Notes: generated from the sequence alone by a model not told the origin. Numbered from the stretch's first letter, positions 38,221-54,303 are shown. The stretch: DNA of 64,000 nucleotides from Octopus vulgaris (GCA_951406725.2 OX597837.1:7254001-7318000), one strand, 5' to 3'. A program made the numbers and translations.

Positions 38221-38959
38221 TATTTGTCGTAGGGGCTTCAGATGAGAGGGATGAACATCACAAGGGCAGTTTACAGTTTGTGTTAGGGTTTGTTAATAAC
38301 AGTAATTGAATGAAAGAACTGTAGAAACTTAATTAGCTAATTACAAATGGCAACGTATTGAAAAGAAATGAACTCAAACGAATTGAATAAACATGTTGGA
38401 AAGACAAAGTGAATGCAAGGAGAAGATATTGCAGAGTATGTAATATTAAAAGTAAGAAGGAAAGAAACGAAAAACATACGGGGGAGATTTATTCATTCAT
38501 TGCTATGTTTAAAAAAAAAGGGGTTAAAATATTAAGAGTTATGAGATAAGCTATATCAACAGTGTGTACCAAGAAAAAGAATAAATACTAAAATACTGGT
38601 AAATAAAAAAATTAAGAAAAAAAAAATTACAAAATCAAATTTTAAAAAGTTCCAGGTTTCACAAGCAAGATACAATAGGGGCCATGTGAAAAAAAAAATA
38701 TATATGCAGAAAATATTTTTTTTTTATGAAACCTTCCATAAGTTTTCTTGTTAAAAAAAAAATGATATGAAAATCATTTATTGGATATTTTATTTATGTA
38801 CCTATGTGAACATGTGCATATATGTGTTTATATATATATATATATATATGCGCACATACACATCATCTATATACACACGTGAGCATGTATACACGTGTAA
38901 GTGTAAAACTAAATTAACTTTCCTCCCTAAGAAATTTCTTTTTACAAAGATAAAAATTC

Positions 38960-39120
<161 letters not shown>

Positions 39121-40856
39121 ATATATTATACATACTTAGGTCATGTTTTTAAAGTATTACTTTTCTTCAAATTTGAATTGAAGATAACAGATTCGTTAGT
39201 TATAATAGATATACATACACACGAGTATGTACATATATATACACACACATGTGTACGCAAAAATACATGTTTAAGTGCATAATTATATGTATATATATGT
39301 GTGTGTATATGAGTGTATGTGTATGTATATATATATTATATATATACACGCATATGTGTCTATGCATGTATGCACATATATATTCATTTAAATTTATATA
39401 TATATAAATATATATATACACATACAGATACAAAGGAGGGATAATGAATTGTCAATAAAGAAAAAATATGTATATATATATATGTATAATAAGAAAAAAA
39501 TAATGTTGTTTAATCAAGGCAGAACGGAACATCACATATAACATGCAGCAGACGGCATTGACGTAGAAAAACTAGGCACACGGACACAGAATGATGCACC
39601 AATTAAAATCAGATATGTTTGTTGTTGGTTTTAAATTTTCAGATGTTTTTTTTAAGGGGAGGGGCAGAGGGTATATGTATTGTAGGGTGTCTATTGTTAT
39701 AGATTTTATCCACTTAGACTGAATGTCAAATTGTCGAGATACGCAAACTTGGAAGGGTCATTATGTCAATAGTAAACACATGCACTGTTTCTATTTCACT
39801 TCGTTTATTCGTGTTAATTAATTGGTCAACCATTTAACCAATTAACTAATTAGATGTTTGCGTAGTTGTTCAGTTAATCAGTCAATCAACTAAGTTTATC
39901 AAAGTCCTTTTGTCGATCAGTGACGTACCCTTACTAACCAGGTCTGTTTCGTGTCTATCTGTCTCCAATATATGTCAATGGGTGCAAAAGGGGCAGAAAT
40001 TCAGAATCAAGTCTAAGGAAGTGAAGAGGGAGAGGTAGGAAGGCAAGTAAACTGGACATGGTCAATAAAATGAGACAGGGAGGGAAGAAAGAGAAAGTTA
40101 AAAAGGTAGGGGCATAGTGTAAATATAAATTTTAAAAAGACTGGTTTGCTATATTCCTCGACTTAAAATCTAAGACCACCTATCTTAATGCTAATTTCTA
40201 TTGAATTCCTTGTTTATCCTATAAATGATCAAATCTGTCATATATTTTAAAGAGAAATTATTTGATGGACTCAATACATGTATGTTTATGCACATACACA
40301 CAGCGAATGTATTCATATACATATATTCAAGTAACACTCCATGGTTACAACAACCAGTGTTCCAGTTGATCCGATCACCAGAGAAGCCTGCTCGTGAAAT
40401 TAACGTGCAAATGGTTGAGTAGCCCACAGACATGCGTACTCTACATACGTAGTTCACAGGGAGATTCAGTGTGACACAGAATGTGACAAGGGCAGCCCTT
40501 GAATTACAAGTACATCCCAGTTTTGCCTGCTGAGTGGGCTGGACTGAGGTTGCACAAGGACACTAAATATCACCAGGAATCAAATTCCTAACCATACGAC
40601 CTTGAACTAGATACCCTAACCTATACACCTATATACATATATATATGTTTTATTTATTATTTTGCACATTACTTAATCATCGTTATATGTTTATCTTATA
40701 TTTAATCTTTCTAAATGGTATAATTTAATTTTTCATTATTGAATTGATAAAAGGTGGAGTTTTTTTCTAATTTATATATATATATTATATTATGTGAAAT
40801 TTGATTTAGTATTTCTAAATTGAATTTTTCCCTGTAATTTTGGAATAATATCCCCT

Positions 40857-40911
<55 letters not shown>

Positions 40912-41433
40912 CAAACACACACATCTATACATGTGTTTGTATTATCAAAAAGTTTTTCTTCATGATAGAAGAAAAAAGGGTAAAGCTATCAGATTGCTTT
41001 TATCCATTATAAGAAGATGAGACAAATATAGACAAGCATTAAAAGAAGCCTGTATATCATGGAAATTCAGATGGAATTTAGAAAATGGCTTCTTGCCTAG
41101 GTAAAAAAAAACCAGAAATTTAGTTGAGACAATGGTCAATATAATTGAGCATAGCAGATAACTGGTATGTTACTGCCATGAGAAGAATGGACAGCAAAGT
41201 CTCCATTGGCACAATTTTAATTCAGAATATATACACTTAGTCAAACACATTTCATTCTTGTCTCATGGTTATGACTTTTTGTTCTGGTTATTTATAAAGT
41301 GTAGATATGCCAGTAAACTTCTCACAAATATTGCAAATAATTACACTGACAGTCATGTATATATGAACTAGATCTGATCACACATTGTATATATCACCTC
41401 TTTCAAACATTTTATATATATATATATATATGT

Positions 41434-41589
41434 GAGACGAGATGGTGAAGATGCCGACGACCACTTTGTTCAAAGCCTCCCTGGACCTCAAGTGGCCTGA
41501 ACTCTTTACATGAACACCACCCTGTACTTAACTCCATGTCCCCCTACATGGCCTTGCTATTTGCTTTTGAGCCAAATTAACTAACTAAC
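41434..41589 (+). mobile_element. 5'-truncated CR1/L2-type LINE 3' end inserted in (TA)n
   Basis: Encodes DEMVKMPTTTLFKASLDLKWPELFT* (stop 41511-41513), an FK..LD..W motif typical of CR1-clade ORF2 C-termini. A short 3' UTR and a (CTAA)n tail follow, with TA repeats on both sides. Confidence 0.7.
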
Positions 41590-44500
41590 ATATATATATA
41601 TATATATATAATTATTAACTATAATAAATATCATATATACATTTAATTATTAACTATATTATTAATTTATATGAAATGACTACTGGTTTTACATTATATA
41701 ATATATAACATTAAATAGTCATTGCTTATATTAATGTTTGTCAAATTGTTAAATGATTTGACCCATAAGCATAATCTATAGAAACAGCTGTAGGTAAGGA
41801 ATAAATGTTATACCAGTACCTCTGTTTGTTACATATACATCTATATGTATTAATCTCAGTTCCTATCTTTTAACACCAGTCTACTTCAGAATAGCTTGTT
41901 TTATAATACTAAACCTCTAATATTAAAGTTATTTTTACATCTAAATCTAATATTTCTTATGAATTTTATGCAATATTTATTTTCTTACATTGTGTCCCAA
42001 CTGTGTTCATTTTGAAAGCAAATCACTTAAGGCCACTTATGGTTCAATGATAACTATGTTTTTTTACTAATTTTCAAGTACTTTTCATATTTAAATTTGT
42101 TGCATGTTCTATGTAATTTTGATATAGGCATTTTTTTTGCTGTATTTCATGTTAAGTTATTTTCCTAAATCTGTCTTTCAAATTCTATATTATTTTAAAA
42201 ATAACTGAAACATAACAGAAATGAGTAAATATTGCAGTAAAAAAAAAAGAAGAAGAAAAGGAATTTAAGAGAGTAAGAAAGTGTTTCCGTCTTTGCTGAT
42301 GTAAGACTATAGCTTCTTTTAAATTTTTAAATCTTTTGAAAGGATATCAAGACAGTAAGGGGCAATGGAAGGGAGAGAAAGAAAGGAAAGGAAGTTGAAA
42401 ATATTAAATAAAAAATAAAACATTGTCTTGCATTCTTGCATTGAATGATGAGGACAGGGTGACATGTGTAGGCATCAAAATAGCTAACATGCGTACACAC
42501 ATTAAGATAAGACGGATCAAACTTAAGAAAGGAATAAAAAAAAAAAATTAAATTAAAATAAAGAAATAATTGAGTAGCTCAACCTGATAATCAGCCACAT
42601 TCACAAAAAAAAAACAAAATAAAACTACCAATTAATTAATATTACTATATGGAGAGAGAGATAGAGAGACAGAGAGAGAAGTGTAAAGAAAAGAAAAGAA
42701 AAAATTAGAAAAACGTTAAGTCCAAAAAGAAAAATGGTTTAATAATTTGAAAAGAATTGGTAAAATTAAAAGTTTTTTATATATATAAATTTCTTTCTTA
42801 TTTCATTTTTTTAAATCATTCCATTTTATATATGTATATGCTTGTGTATGTGTATATATATATATATATACACTCACATGCACATATACATATATATCAG
42901 ATGGTAGATTAAGTAAAATTTGTTAGTCAGAGTATAATTACTTAGTTCTGTAAGATTAGCAAAAAAAAAAAAAAATCATTCAGATAGTTATTAATAATTC
43001 TATAGAAATTCGTAAAAGTCGAAAATTCATTTACAACAAATTAATTTGATCTATTTACTTTAACAGAGTTTCTACCTATATTTTATATTTCCTAAATTAT
43101 ATTATTTGCTTAAGAATTTTGTACTTCCCAGTATTTTTTCCCCTTTCAAGGAATTTTATCGAGAAATTCCTAGACTAGCTTACTTTAAGTGTCTTTACAT
43201 TAAAAACTTTAAAATTTAATTTTCCTTAAAACAATACTATAGTTTCTGTCTTTTTATGAACACTTACATAATTTCTTTAGATGATACAGCCAATGAGATT
43301 TCTAGTAACAATACAACATTAAATTCAATTCAAGAATGCACTTCATAAGTGCAAACCTAAGGTGGGCAAATAATGTGCAGAAATGCACGCTGGGATTGCA
43401 CCAAGAACCAAAAGTGTCTGTTGTAATCCTGATGACTATGTTAACCATTAAACCAAAGCACATTGTGCCTAATTTGTGTATTTATTTACAGTATCTGTAA
43501 AGTACCCAAGTTACTATGTTCTAACTACCCAAATTATTACGTTTTAATCTATCTTGTCTCCCAGACGAGAATTCTTGGCGTTTTGCCAATGCTTAAAACT
43601 AAGGCTGTAGAAATATCATTTCATGTTTTTATTTTAACTAATTTAAACATTGAAAGTTTTCATTTATTTAATTTGGATTCTAGAAAATTGACTTTATAAA
43701 TTATATATCTGAATGATTACTATGAAATATACTCAAAGGAATTTAGTCATCAGTGAACTCATGAATTAATTAAATAAATTAAATTTACTAAGGCATATGA
43801 AACATTCAAAAGGTCTGTCATGTTTATCAACCAACCTCACATGAGAGATTTGTATGACTGCCTCATGTATTAGTAAAATTAATCAATTTATGAACACAAT
43901 GATGGTTAAAATCTTTGGGTATACCGCATAGTAATCTTCAGTATGAGAATTAAATACTGCTGGCACAGACTAATATCAGAAAAAAATTATATTTAGTTTC
44001 TACTGGCTTGCATATAGCAGTTCAAAGAACAGACTTTACCTTAGCTGGACACAGTTCACTGACTCAAAATGTCACATTTTCTTCCAACAGCAATCCTATT
44101 CCTAATAGTAATCGCAAATACAAAGTGATGGCCATATTGTGTAAAAAGCCATTATACCATTGGTGGAAAAATATTAGAGAGATATTACAAAACTAGAATA
44201 ATAATAATAATAAAAAAGATATGTTACTGAAATCATGAAAGACAAAATTAAATAGTCTAGTATGATTAGAAGAGTGGCTAAAATTTCATTTCAGCTATTG
44301 AGCATTAATAATTAACAAAGGCCAGTGTATTTATGTATGTATGTAATGTATATAGAGATGTGTATATAAATATGCAGCATTCAATTCATAACTATACAAA
44401 CATGCGATTTAATACTTTTCAATAGCACCAAATATCACTTGGGTTGTTGAGAACATACGCAAGTACATACATATATGTGCATATATATATATATATGATA

Positions 44501-46585
44501 TAATACAATACACACGTATACACATTACATAATATATACAGCCAAAAATACATACATATATAAATATATATATACATTATACACATAATATATATTACAT
44601 TTTATATATATATGTATATATTATATATAACATATATAGATGAACATATATATTTATATATATGAGTGTATATATATATAGCATTCATATGTATTGAGAC
44701 ATATATATAATATAATGATTTCTAACAATGGCACAAGGCAAAGAATATTGCAGGAGCAAAAGGTTGATTAAAGTGAATCCCAGTATATCACTGGTACCCA
44801 TTTTATCGACCCTGAGAGGTTGCAATGCAGAGTAGATTTTCAAGGGAGGTGAACTTAGAAAGAACATCACTAGACATAACTAAATATTGAAAAGGTAATT
44901 TGTGCCATGCCATTATAAAACTAAGAAATACATATTATATATTCCATACATATCACATATGCATATTATGCCAAACATACACGCAGACACACACATATAT
45001 ATATATACACACATATATTAAATATATGACATATTGTCACAAGCACAAACACAAAAAAAAAGATCATTTTCAATTTAGTAACAAAAAGGAAAAGCTACAA
45101 AAGATATTTGATGCAATGAAAAAATTTTTAATTAATTTTTTTGAATTAATTAATTAGCTGAAAAGTTTGTATAGTCAAGAATTTTAGTCAAGCATATTTA
45201 TACATACACAAGCATACACACACACACATACAAATATATAAATAAATATCTGTTTAATATTTTTGAAATTTTTTTTTCTCTTAAAACTCTCTCAAGGAAT
45301 CAGTTCATCTCATTATTTAAGAGAATCTTAAACATATTAATACTTAACTATTAATATTAAATCAGTTTTAACTAAAATAGTATTCCTATACACTCCTTAA
45401 AGCTAACATATTTACTGACATTCCCAAAATAGCTAACCAGCTAGCTGATATGCCAGCTGAAGAAGGAAGACGTGCTGGTATATATTATATGCCCATAGGA
45501 TAAAAAAGGCACAGATACCCACCTGTACCCTTTTTTTAAATAGTTCAAGTCAGATAAAATTTTCATTTCTAACTTAAATTTTTATGGAAGTTACCAAGCA
45601 CATTCCTTGTAAAGCTGTATTATCCAGTAAAGTTTCATATTTATAGTAAGAATAATTTTTATTTATTTAGCCCTATAAACAACTGACAATTGCCAAAAAA
45701 ATAATTTACTGTTTGATTAAGAAATTTAAAAAACACATATAAGAATGTTTCCATAACTAATTTTAAGTGATTTAACCCATTTTTCGTACAACCTGTCTGA
45801 GATCGTACCTGACTCTAGATATAAAAGCCTTGTTTTAAAGTGAGCTAAATTTTACATTAATTTATGTTCCAAGCGCTAACTTGATAATGACAGTTATTTT
45901 ACTAAATTCGTTATTTTGTAAATTAAAAAAAAAAAGAAATCTATTTTATTTTATGGTAATGAAAAGGTTAAATAATTGATCTTAGTTTAAAACTGAATAC
46001 TAAAGGGAACAAAAAAAATAAAAACTAAGAAAAATTACATATAAATATATAGAATTATATTTAAAAGATTCTGTCAGAGAACGGGGAAAAGAGATGAATC
46101 TTATTGCATGGAAAGGGAGGTTGTTGTGTATATTTTTTATATACGAACAGGTGGTTTGTTTCTCTTGAAGTAAGGAATGGTTCAGCTGAAATTACAGGGT
46201 GAGGAAGAAAAAAAAATTGAGAATAAAAGACCAGGGCAGGAGTAAAGAGTCAGTATTACCAAACTTCGAATAAGGATTTTTCTTGTCTGTTGATTAGTCA
46301 AATTTTTTTCTTCTCCAGTGGTGTATGGAGATGGTCACGGATGGAAAGGAGGAGGGTAAATATTTGTGTTTTGGATTTTGCAAAAAGAAAATTTAGTATT
46401 TTCTTGGCGTTTTGTTAACCAATTTCTCAAATTCTGACCCCATCCCCATCAAAATCTCATTTCTCATTAAAATAACTGTTGTCCTTCATTTTTTTTTTGT
46501 CCTCTTTCTTATTAAAAATTGCTGCTTGTTTTATGTGTTGTTCTGTTCTGCTCTTCAAAGAGACAAGAACAAAACGGTACCTTAC

Positions 46586-46646
46586 CATTTGGAATTGCGG
46601 GGTTAACGGCTTTTTTGGTCATAACACGGGCAGTGGCATTGTTCAC
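46586..46646 (-). CDS. RBFOX1: RBFOX exon, 61 nt (VNNATARVMTKKAVNPAIPN), phase 0-1
   Basis: ctag|GTGAACAATGCC...CCAAATG|gtaag. VNNATARVMT is the RBFOX signature at the end of the RRM, and the exon is in frame with the 93-nt exon. Confidence 0.97.
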
Positions 46647-47034
46647 CTAGTTTAGAAATCATAGCAGTTTTAGAAGACACACATTCAAAAAAAAAAAAAA
46701 TTTAAAAGTATATAAGTATATATATATATACATATAAATATCTAAATATATATATATATATATATATATATAAGAAAAAAAGATAGAAAATTGAGTAGAA
46801 AAATATAGTTAAAAATGTATTTTATAATTCTTAAAGAAAAAAATTTATTAAAAATTTATTGTGTTGTTTAGAATCTATAGAAAATTTGATATTCTTTCTA
46901 AGTTTAATTCTTAAATTTTGGACTTTTAAATGCGAACTCTGCTAAGGCTATTCCATACAGCGTTTTCATTCCCTTTATTAGTCCTAAATAACTAAAGACT
47001 ACATACATATGCATATGAATATATATATATATGT

Positions 47035-47074
<40 letters not shown>

Positions 47075-47075
47075 A

Positions 47076-47119
<44 letters not shown>

Positions 47120-47212
47120 ACACATTACACACATACATACACACATACATACAAACATGTGTGTATGCATATGTTTTTATATATATATATATATATATAT
47201 ATTCATAAACAT

Positions 47213-47263
<51 letters not shown>

Positions 47264-47457
47264 CATATATATAGTTGCAGTATGTGTATATTCTTTAGTA
47301 TATGTATGTACATAAATGCATAGACATATATATGTATGTATACACACAAGCATGTATACATACACACACATGTAAATATATAGCTATATACATAATTCTC
47401 AAACATATACATACATATATGAACATGTACATATATATGTATACACACACACAAACA

Positions 47458-47502
<45 letters not shown>

Positions 47503-50210
47503 TCACTCACGCACAAATGTCTATACCTATACATACATGCTTGTATGCACACACACAAACATCTGTACATACATACACACACGTATTAAAATATATTTCT
47601 TTCTAATTCATTTTCTATAAATGTCTTCTATTCTGTAATTCACTACTTAAGAAGGCTTTACTTTCGGAGAACAATTAATAGGAAAGATTAATGGCAAAAT
47701 CCAGTGCAGTCTCACATTGACTTATTGTGGTCATTTGTCATCTTATTGTTCAGCCCAAGGCCACTCAAGACTATGCAGTCCAGCTGCAACCATCAATTCT
47801 TTGTTTGTCTTTTGGATGGCATGAAATTTCAGAATGGGATTTGGGTGCATTTTATAGCAGGTCAAACATCCACAAATAGGGATATTAGCTTATAAAGCAG
47901 GTCCCAGCATCTGCTCTGATTGCATAGTCTTATGTTCAAAAGTATTCCATTCTTGACTATCGTGGCTTTTTATTTTTACTTCACTTACATAGTGTACCTC
48001 GGTGTATATTGTCCAATGTGCCATGCTTTTATCTTGGTGGTGGATTCAGCTTAGATCCTTCCTCAGTCATGGAGATCCGCAGGACTGGTTTCCTTGGTTT
48101 CCATGGCAGATATATATTCTTCCCCTGGATGGGGCACTAGTCCATCACATGATTACTCATGTTTGCCAGCTGAGTGGACTGGAGCAACGTGAAATTAAGT
48201 GTTTTGCTGAAGAACACAATGTGCTGCCTGGTCCAGGATTTGAAACCACAATCTTACATACACCTTGACATCAACTAAGATGGTAGGATGTAATCTGAGT
48301 GAAGTTTCTCAGCTTCCTTGTTCAGTAAGCTGAACAACTACTCAAAGTCTGCCATGTTAGACCAAGGACTATATCTATTGCTATTATGTTCCAGATGTGA
48401 CCATCCAGTCTGGACACCATGTAATAGTTATAAACAAGTGTCACTGTCACACGAGTGTTGTCCCTTATTTCCAGTCTTCAATGGAAAGATGTCTGGCCAA
48501 ATATTACCTTACTTTTGAACGGGTAAGGGTTGGCAACAGGAAGAGTATCTAGTCATAAAAAACCCCAGCTTCAACAAAGTCCATCTGACCCATGCAAGCA
48601 TGAAAGACATTAAAACGATGATGATGATGATGATGACTTGATGGTTATTTTCATTTAATATACTACTGCCCTTCTTGTTATCATTTGTTGCATTGTTTCT
48701 TCCTTTTATTTATATTTTTTTTACTGATTTCATTCAATGGAGTCCTGCCATGCTGCTGTCTCACCATAGTCGATTACCTTGAGCTTGGTACATATTTTAA
48801 TGCATCTCCTTTCAATATTTAAGGCCATGAGTTCCATTCTTCAACCAGGTAGTGCATGTGTGTCTTTGGGCAAAACATTTAAATTTCACATTACCCCAGT
48901 TTACTCAGCTGTAAAGGTATGTTTTTTAACCAAAGGCTACTGATCATAATTTTGGTCATCTTTGACTAAGTCTGAACTGGTATTGCCCTCTTCCTCATCA
49001 TCATCATCCTCATTTAATATCCATGTTCCATACTGGCAAGGGCTGGCTGGTTTTAAACAATCTCCCAGGTTCGAAGAATGCCCTGTACTCCAATACCTAC
49101 TTTGGCAGGATTTTTATGGTTGGATGCCCTTCCTGATGCCAAACACATTGTAGAGTGTCCTGGCTTCCAATATAGCTACAAATGTCCCAGATGAGAGATG
49201 CTAACCTGAGCCCTAAAAAGAAACAACCTTTCACTAAACAGCATACATCACAATACCTGCACTAGGATTTGAACTTGGGACCATAGAATTATTCACTATC
49301 GCGTCAGCATTATTGTCCAGATAAGATCTATAATCATAACTGCATTCGGTCCTGATCTCAAAGATTAAAACCTTTCCACATGTTAAACACACATGGAAAT
49401 GCAAGTAACTAGTTATCTTTCATAACGTTCTCATTATTATCATAATTATTATTAATACAATTGTAATCCCAATTGTTGTCCTACATCTAATCTGACTTAA
49501 TTACTTAATGAATTAATTAAAAAGTCATGTATTTTAATTTCAATTTATGCATACATTCACCCACACAATACACAATAAGTCCTTGACTGCACTGAAAATT
49601 TAAAAGAGAATAGTTATTAATAATTTCACCTCATCATTTTGTATTATCTAGGAAATAATGACATTTAACAACGATTTAAGAATTTACTACAAATTAATTT
49701 CCTATAACTTCTAGAAGCATTAAAGGAGAGATAATAATATATAAAAATCAAGACATCTATGTATATTTTGAATAAGTAATTAAAAAAAATGTTTAGAAAT
49801 ATGGGGAACACCTAAAAATTAAACGAGCTCTATTTTGAACAGTGAAAAAAGCCCTAATTTAACCTGAATAATAAATTACATAAAAATATTTAAATACCTT
49901 CGAATTTATTCATATTTTGTAATTTGATGTTTTCTCTTTTATTTAATATTTTAAATTTTTATTTGCATGGATTAATGGGGTTATTTTTTTAAACAAATAT
50001 ATATATATAATTATATAAATATTCATTTATATTTAAATTTTAAATGAATTACATTTTCAGATAATGAAGTTATAAATATTTTTTTTTTCCATTCTTTTCC
50101 ATGTCACATTCTCCTAAGAATGTTTCAAGAATGCAACCCCACAAGTGGTGTATTTGAAAATAGTTTTCATCCCATTAGACACCACAATACATACCTACAT
50201 ATGTGTGTGT

Positions 50211-50255
<45 letters not shown>

Positions 50256-50321
50256 TACATATGTGTATGCATGTATGTATGTATATATAGATACATACAC
50301 ATATGTATATGTATGTATGTG

Positions 50322-50357
<36 letters not shown>

Positions 50358-50422
50358 TATGAGTGTATATGTGTATATATATATGTGCATATATGAATAC
50401 ACATATATATATATATATATAT

Positions 50423-50455
<33 letters not shown>

Positions 50456-50630
50456 TACATACATATATACATATACATACACACACATATATATACATAT
50501 ATATACATATACATATATATACATATATGTATATATATATATATATATATATACATATATGTAATGCATATCCATCTAAATATTATTAGTATATATACAC
50601 ATATATATGTATGTATGTGTGTATATACAT

Positions 50631-50681
<51 letters not shown>

Positions 50682-51170
50682 CACACACCCATGTATGTAA
50701 TTCATATCCATCTAAATATCATTAGTATAGTGAAATTGAATATTTCTAAAACATCTCTTTTTTTAAATATATCAATAATGAGAAATGCTAAATTCCTTTC
50801 CTTATGCTTGAGTAAAGTAATTAAAAGCATCGCTTACACTAGGAAAGTGTTACATTCCTGAAGAATTTTGCATTAATGCAAAGCTTGCTTCTCCATAGAC
50901 ATTCATGTTATGCAACAGTGAAGTGAAAAGAGAAATCAAAAGTTTCCATTTCAAGGACTTCCACACTAGTGCAAGAATTTTCAAGAATACAAAGCTTTCA
51001 TATACAATATATTTAAATATTCCTTTTATTTTAAATTTTTTTAATTTTTGTTACTAATTTAGTTATGTTAGCTTTAAATGCTTTGCCCACTTTGATTTGC
51101 CAAATATTTTCTTTCCCTGCTTTCATAAAAATTTGCATTCCTAAGGCATACACGTATATATTCATATATG

Positions 51171-51214
<44 letters not shown>

Positions 51215-51219
<5 letters not shown>

Positions 51220-51715
51220 GTTACATGACTGTGCAGATATATATATATCTTACATACACATGCACAAACATACATAGAAGCATATGTATATGTGTGTGTG
51301 TGTTTATGTGTATGTATACATATATGCATAAATACACCAATATTGAAAAATATATAAATGTATTTATGCATATATGTAACATATATATATATATATACAC
51401 GCACAGCTACATGTCTGTGCAGATATATATATATCATACATACACATGCACAAACATACATAGAAGTAAATATATATATGTGTGTGTATGTATACATATA
51501 TGCATAAATACACCAATATTGAAAAATATATAAATGTATTTATGCATATATGTTATATATATATATATATATACACACGCACAGCTACATGTCTGTGCAG
51601 ATATATATATATATATATCTTACATACACACACACAAACATACATAGAAGTAAATATATATATACGTGTGTATGTATGTGTATGTATACACCAATATTGA
51701 AAAATATATAAATGT
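51215..51715. repeat. Three ~180-190-bp tandem copies of a microsatellite-derived unit
   Basis: cacag(t/c)tacatg(a/t)ctgtgcagatat...catacatagaag...caccaatattgaaaaatatataaatgta occurs three times. Confidence 0.85.
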
Positions 51716-52864
51716 AAGTTTGTGGACGTTAAAAATATGAGAACCTAAAATTTATTATTTAGTTTGGATTCAGGCATTTAAGAAAAAGAAAATTACACTA
51801 ACGATGATGAGCTTTGAAAAATTGTGAAGCAAATGATGAGATTTAAACTCCGAGATGAAATATTTTGATATTTTAGCACCTAACTTATTTTGAAGAAATT
51901 TCAATTTCCTTCTTATAGAGACTAGTTCAGTGATGAACATCAATGGAATATTAACGGCAAGAATTTGTGGTGGAGAAAAAAAAAATGTCCAAATTTAACC
52001 CCTTTTAACAGAAGCCTATTTAAGACTTAGCCATGCTAAATTTCTCATATCTAAACAAATATTAATCAAATTATAATTCTAAACATGAATAAATATATTT
52101 CAGTTGTACCAACATCAGATAATACATACTGATTATATAAAGCTAAAATATATGAAGATGTCGGAATAAAACCCTTGATGAAATATCGTTTATTGAGTAA
52201 TTACATTGATAATTAATTCTAACACATCAGTTTCTTCATCAGAAATATAATCATAAAGGGATTTAACATTGTTTCAGTTGCAGTTTGTTTTATAACTGTA
52301 ATTAACTTTTAATTTTTACTTAATCCTGAGAGTGATTAAAATTTTTAAAGTACTAATATTACTAATTAACAATGTGGATTTTTTTTCCCGTTTTTTAAAT
52401 TGTCCAGTTAAATGAAGCATTTCTTTTCGGAAGTATTTGAATACACAATTAAAACATGAGCAAACTAGTGACCTTGCTCTTCCATTTCATAGTCCTAGCC
52501 TTTCAGAAATATTTATACTAATAGATTAACATTTAAATTCTTTTGATATAAACTTGCCTAAGACCACCTTTACTTAGTTTTACAATACAAACTTCCTGCT
52601 TTAAATTGATCTAAAACAAAACCTTCTGTCAAGATTTCATGTTTATTTATGTCCCAAACACCAGGCTACCTGACCACAAGAATTCCTTGTCACTGGCACC
52701 AGCCATTCGAAAATGAAAGTAGTGTGCTGGCCAAGGACAGTTGAGGCTTCGGGGCAGAACTCTACTGAGTCAATTGAGCTGCAGAAGTGGACAAAAGCAT
52801 GTACAGATAGCACTTGATCCACTGAACAAATTCAAGCTACAATGATATAAAGGTAATAATATTT

Positions 52865-53535
52865 GTCTCTATCATACATACAAGTATTTTAACAGTAAGG
52901 GGAGCCAGTTAAACTGACTTCAGTTCTTGACTGGCACTTCATTTCATCAGCTGAAGAAGGATGAAAGTGAAATTGAACACTGCAGTATCTGAACTCAAAA
53001 TCTCAAGATCTAGAGGGCATATTTTCCCAAGGATCTAATGATTTTGCCAAACCTAACCAGATCATAATTGTTAATAATCTTTCTTTCATTAACTGCTGAG
53101 GGTTGATCATGTAGTTTTCGGGGAGGTGATTTGACAATTATATTGACCCAAGTTCTCAACTGGTACTTAATTTTATTGACCCCAAAAGGGATGAAAGGCT
53201 AAGTCAACCTTGGCAGAAATTGAACTCAGAATGTAAAATTGGACAAAATACCACAAAGGATTTTGTCTGGTGTGCTAACGATTCTACCAAGTCAATACTA
53301 ACCGAAATAATCATCCTTTCTACGATAGGCATAAGGCCTGAAATTTCAGCGAGAAGTGGGTAGTTGATTTTATCAACCCCCAGTGCTCAACTGGTACTTA
53401 TTTCATCAAACCCTCCCCCAAAAAAAGGCTGATGGACAAAGTCAACCTCAGCAAAATTTGAACTCAAAGCATAAGCACGCACGAAATGCTGCTAAGCATT
53501 TTGTTCACCATGCTAACAATTCTGCCAGCCTGCTG
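52865..53535 (-). mobile_element. Cluster of three SINE family A copies
   Basis: ctgg(t/c)actt...gatg...tgaactca occurs three times. Confidence 0.75.
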
Positions 53536-54255
53536 TCTTTTATTCCAATAATAAAAATAATATTTATTATTTACCATTCTTATTACTACTACCACCAATA
53601 TTACTACAGCTAATAATGTGACTATGATGTTAATAATATTATTATCCTTGCTAGAGTTACACAAAAAAAAAATATACTAATTCAAACAAATCCATACCAT
53701 TAATCATTATTGAAGGAAAATATTTATTCCTGCACTTAAATCTGAATTTTAAGGCTTCCTGGTTATACATAATATACATATATATGCATATATATATATA
53801 TACACACACAATATGTATATATACACATATGCACACATATAGTTTAAACATATAGAATATAGGCAAATACTAAATTAAGTATGAAAGGAAGTGGAGATTC
53901 CAACATTTTGATATTTTGATAAGTGTGTTTACTTATTTTTCGTGTTTACATTCAATATAATAACTAAGAATGAAAAGATGATTTTTGTTAAATGAAAAAT
54001 TGTGTAAAATTTCGTTAGGATTTTTTCAAAAAGTATCTTTAATTGATTATAATTTACTCTGTATTTTTTTTTATATTTTAAGTATATATATATATGTTTA
54101 TATCATAAACCATATATAGACATGAGAAACTACCACCTACATAATTGTAAGCTGTTGTTAATACGCAACAAAAAAGACCTTATTTTGTTTGATTCTAAAT
54201 TTAATTCCTTCCCTGAAAGGCTTTAATATATCTATATATATATATATATACATAC

Positions 54256-54303
<48 letters not shown>

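Noticed and set aside
43742-43911. Degenerate inverted repeat
   Set aside because: The arms are AT-rich and poorly matched, with no TSD or family assignment.
52229-52242. Minus-strand CTGATGAAGAAAC hammerhead-like core
   Set aside because: No stem II between CUGAUGA and GAAA, and no stem I or III pairing.
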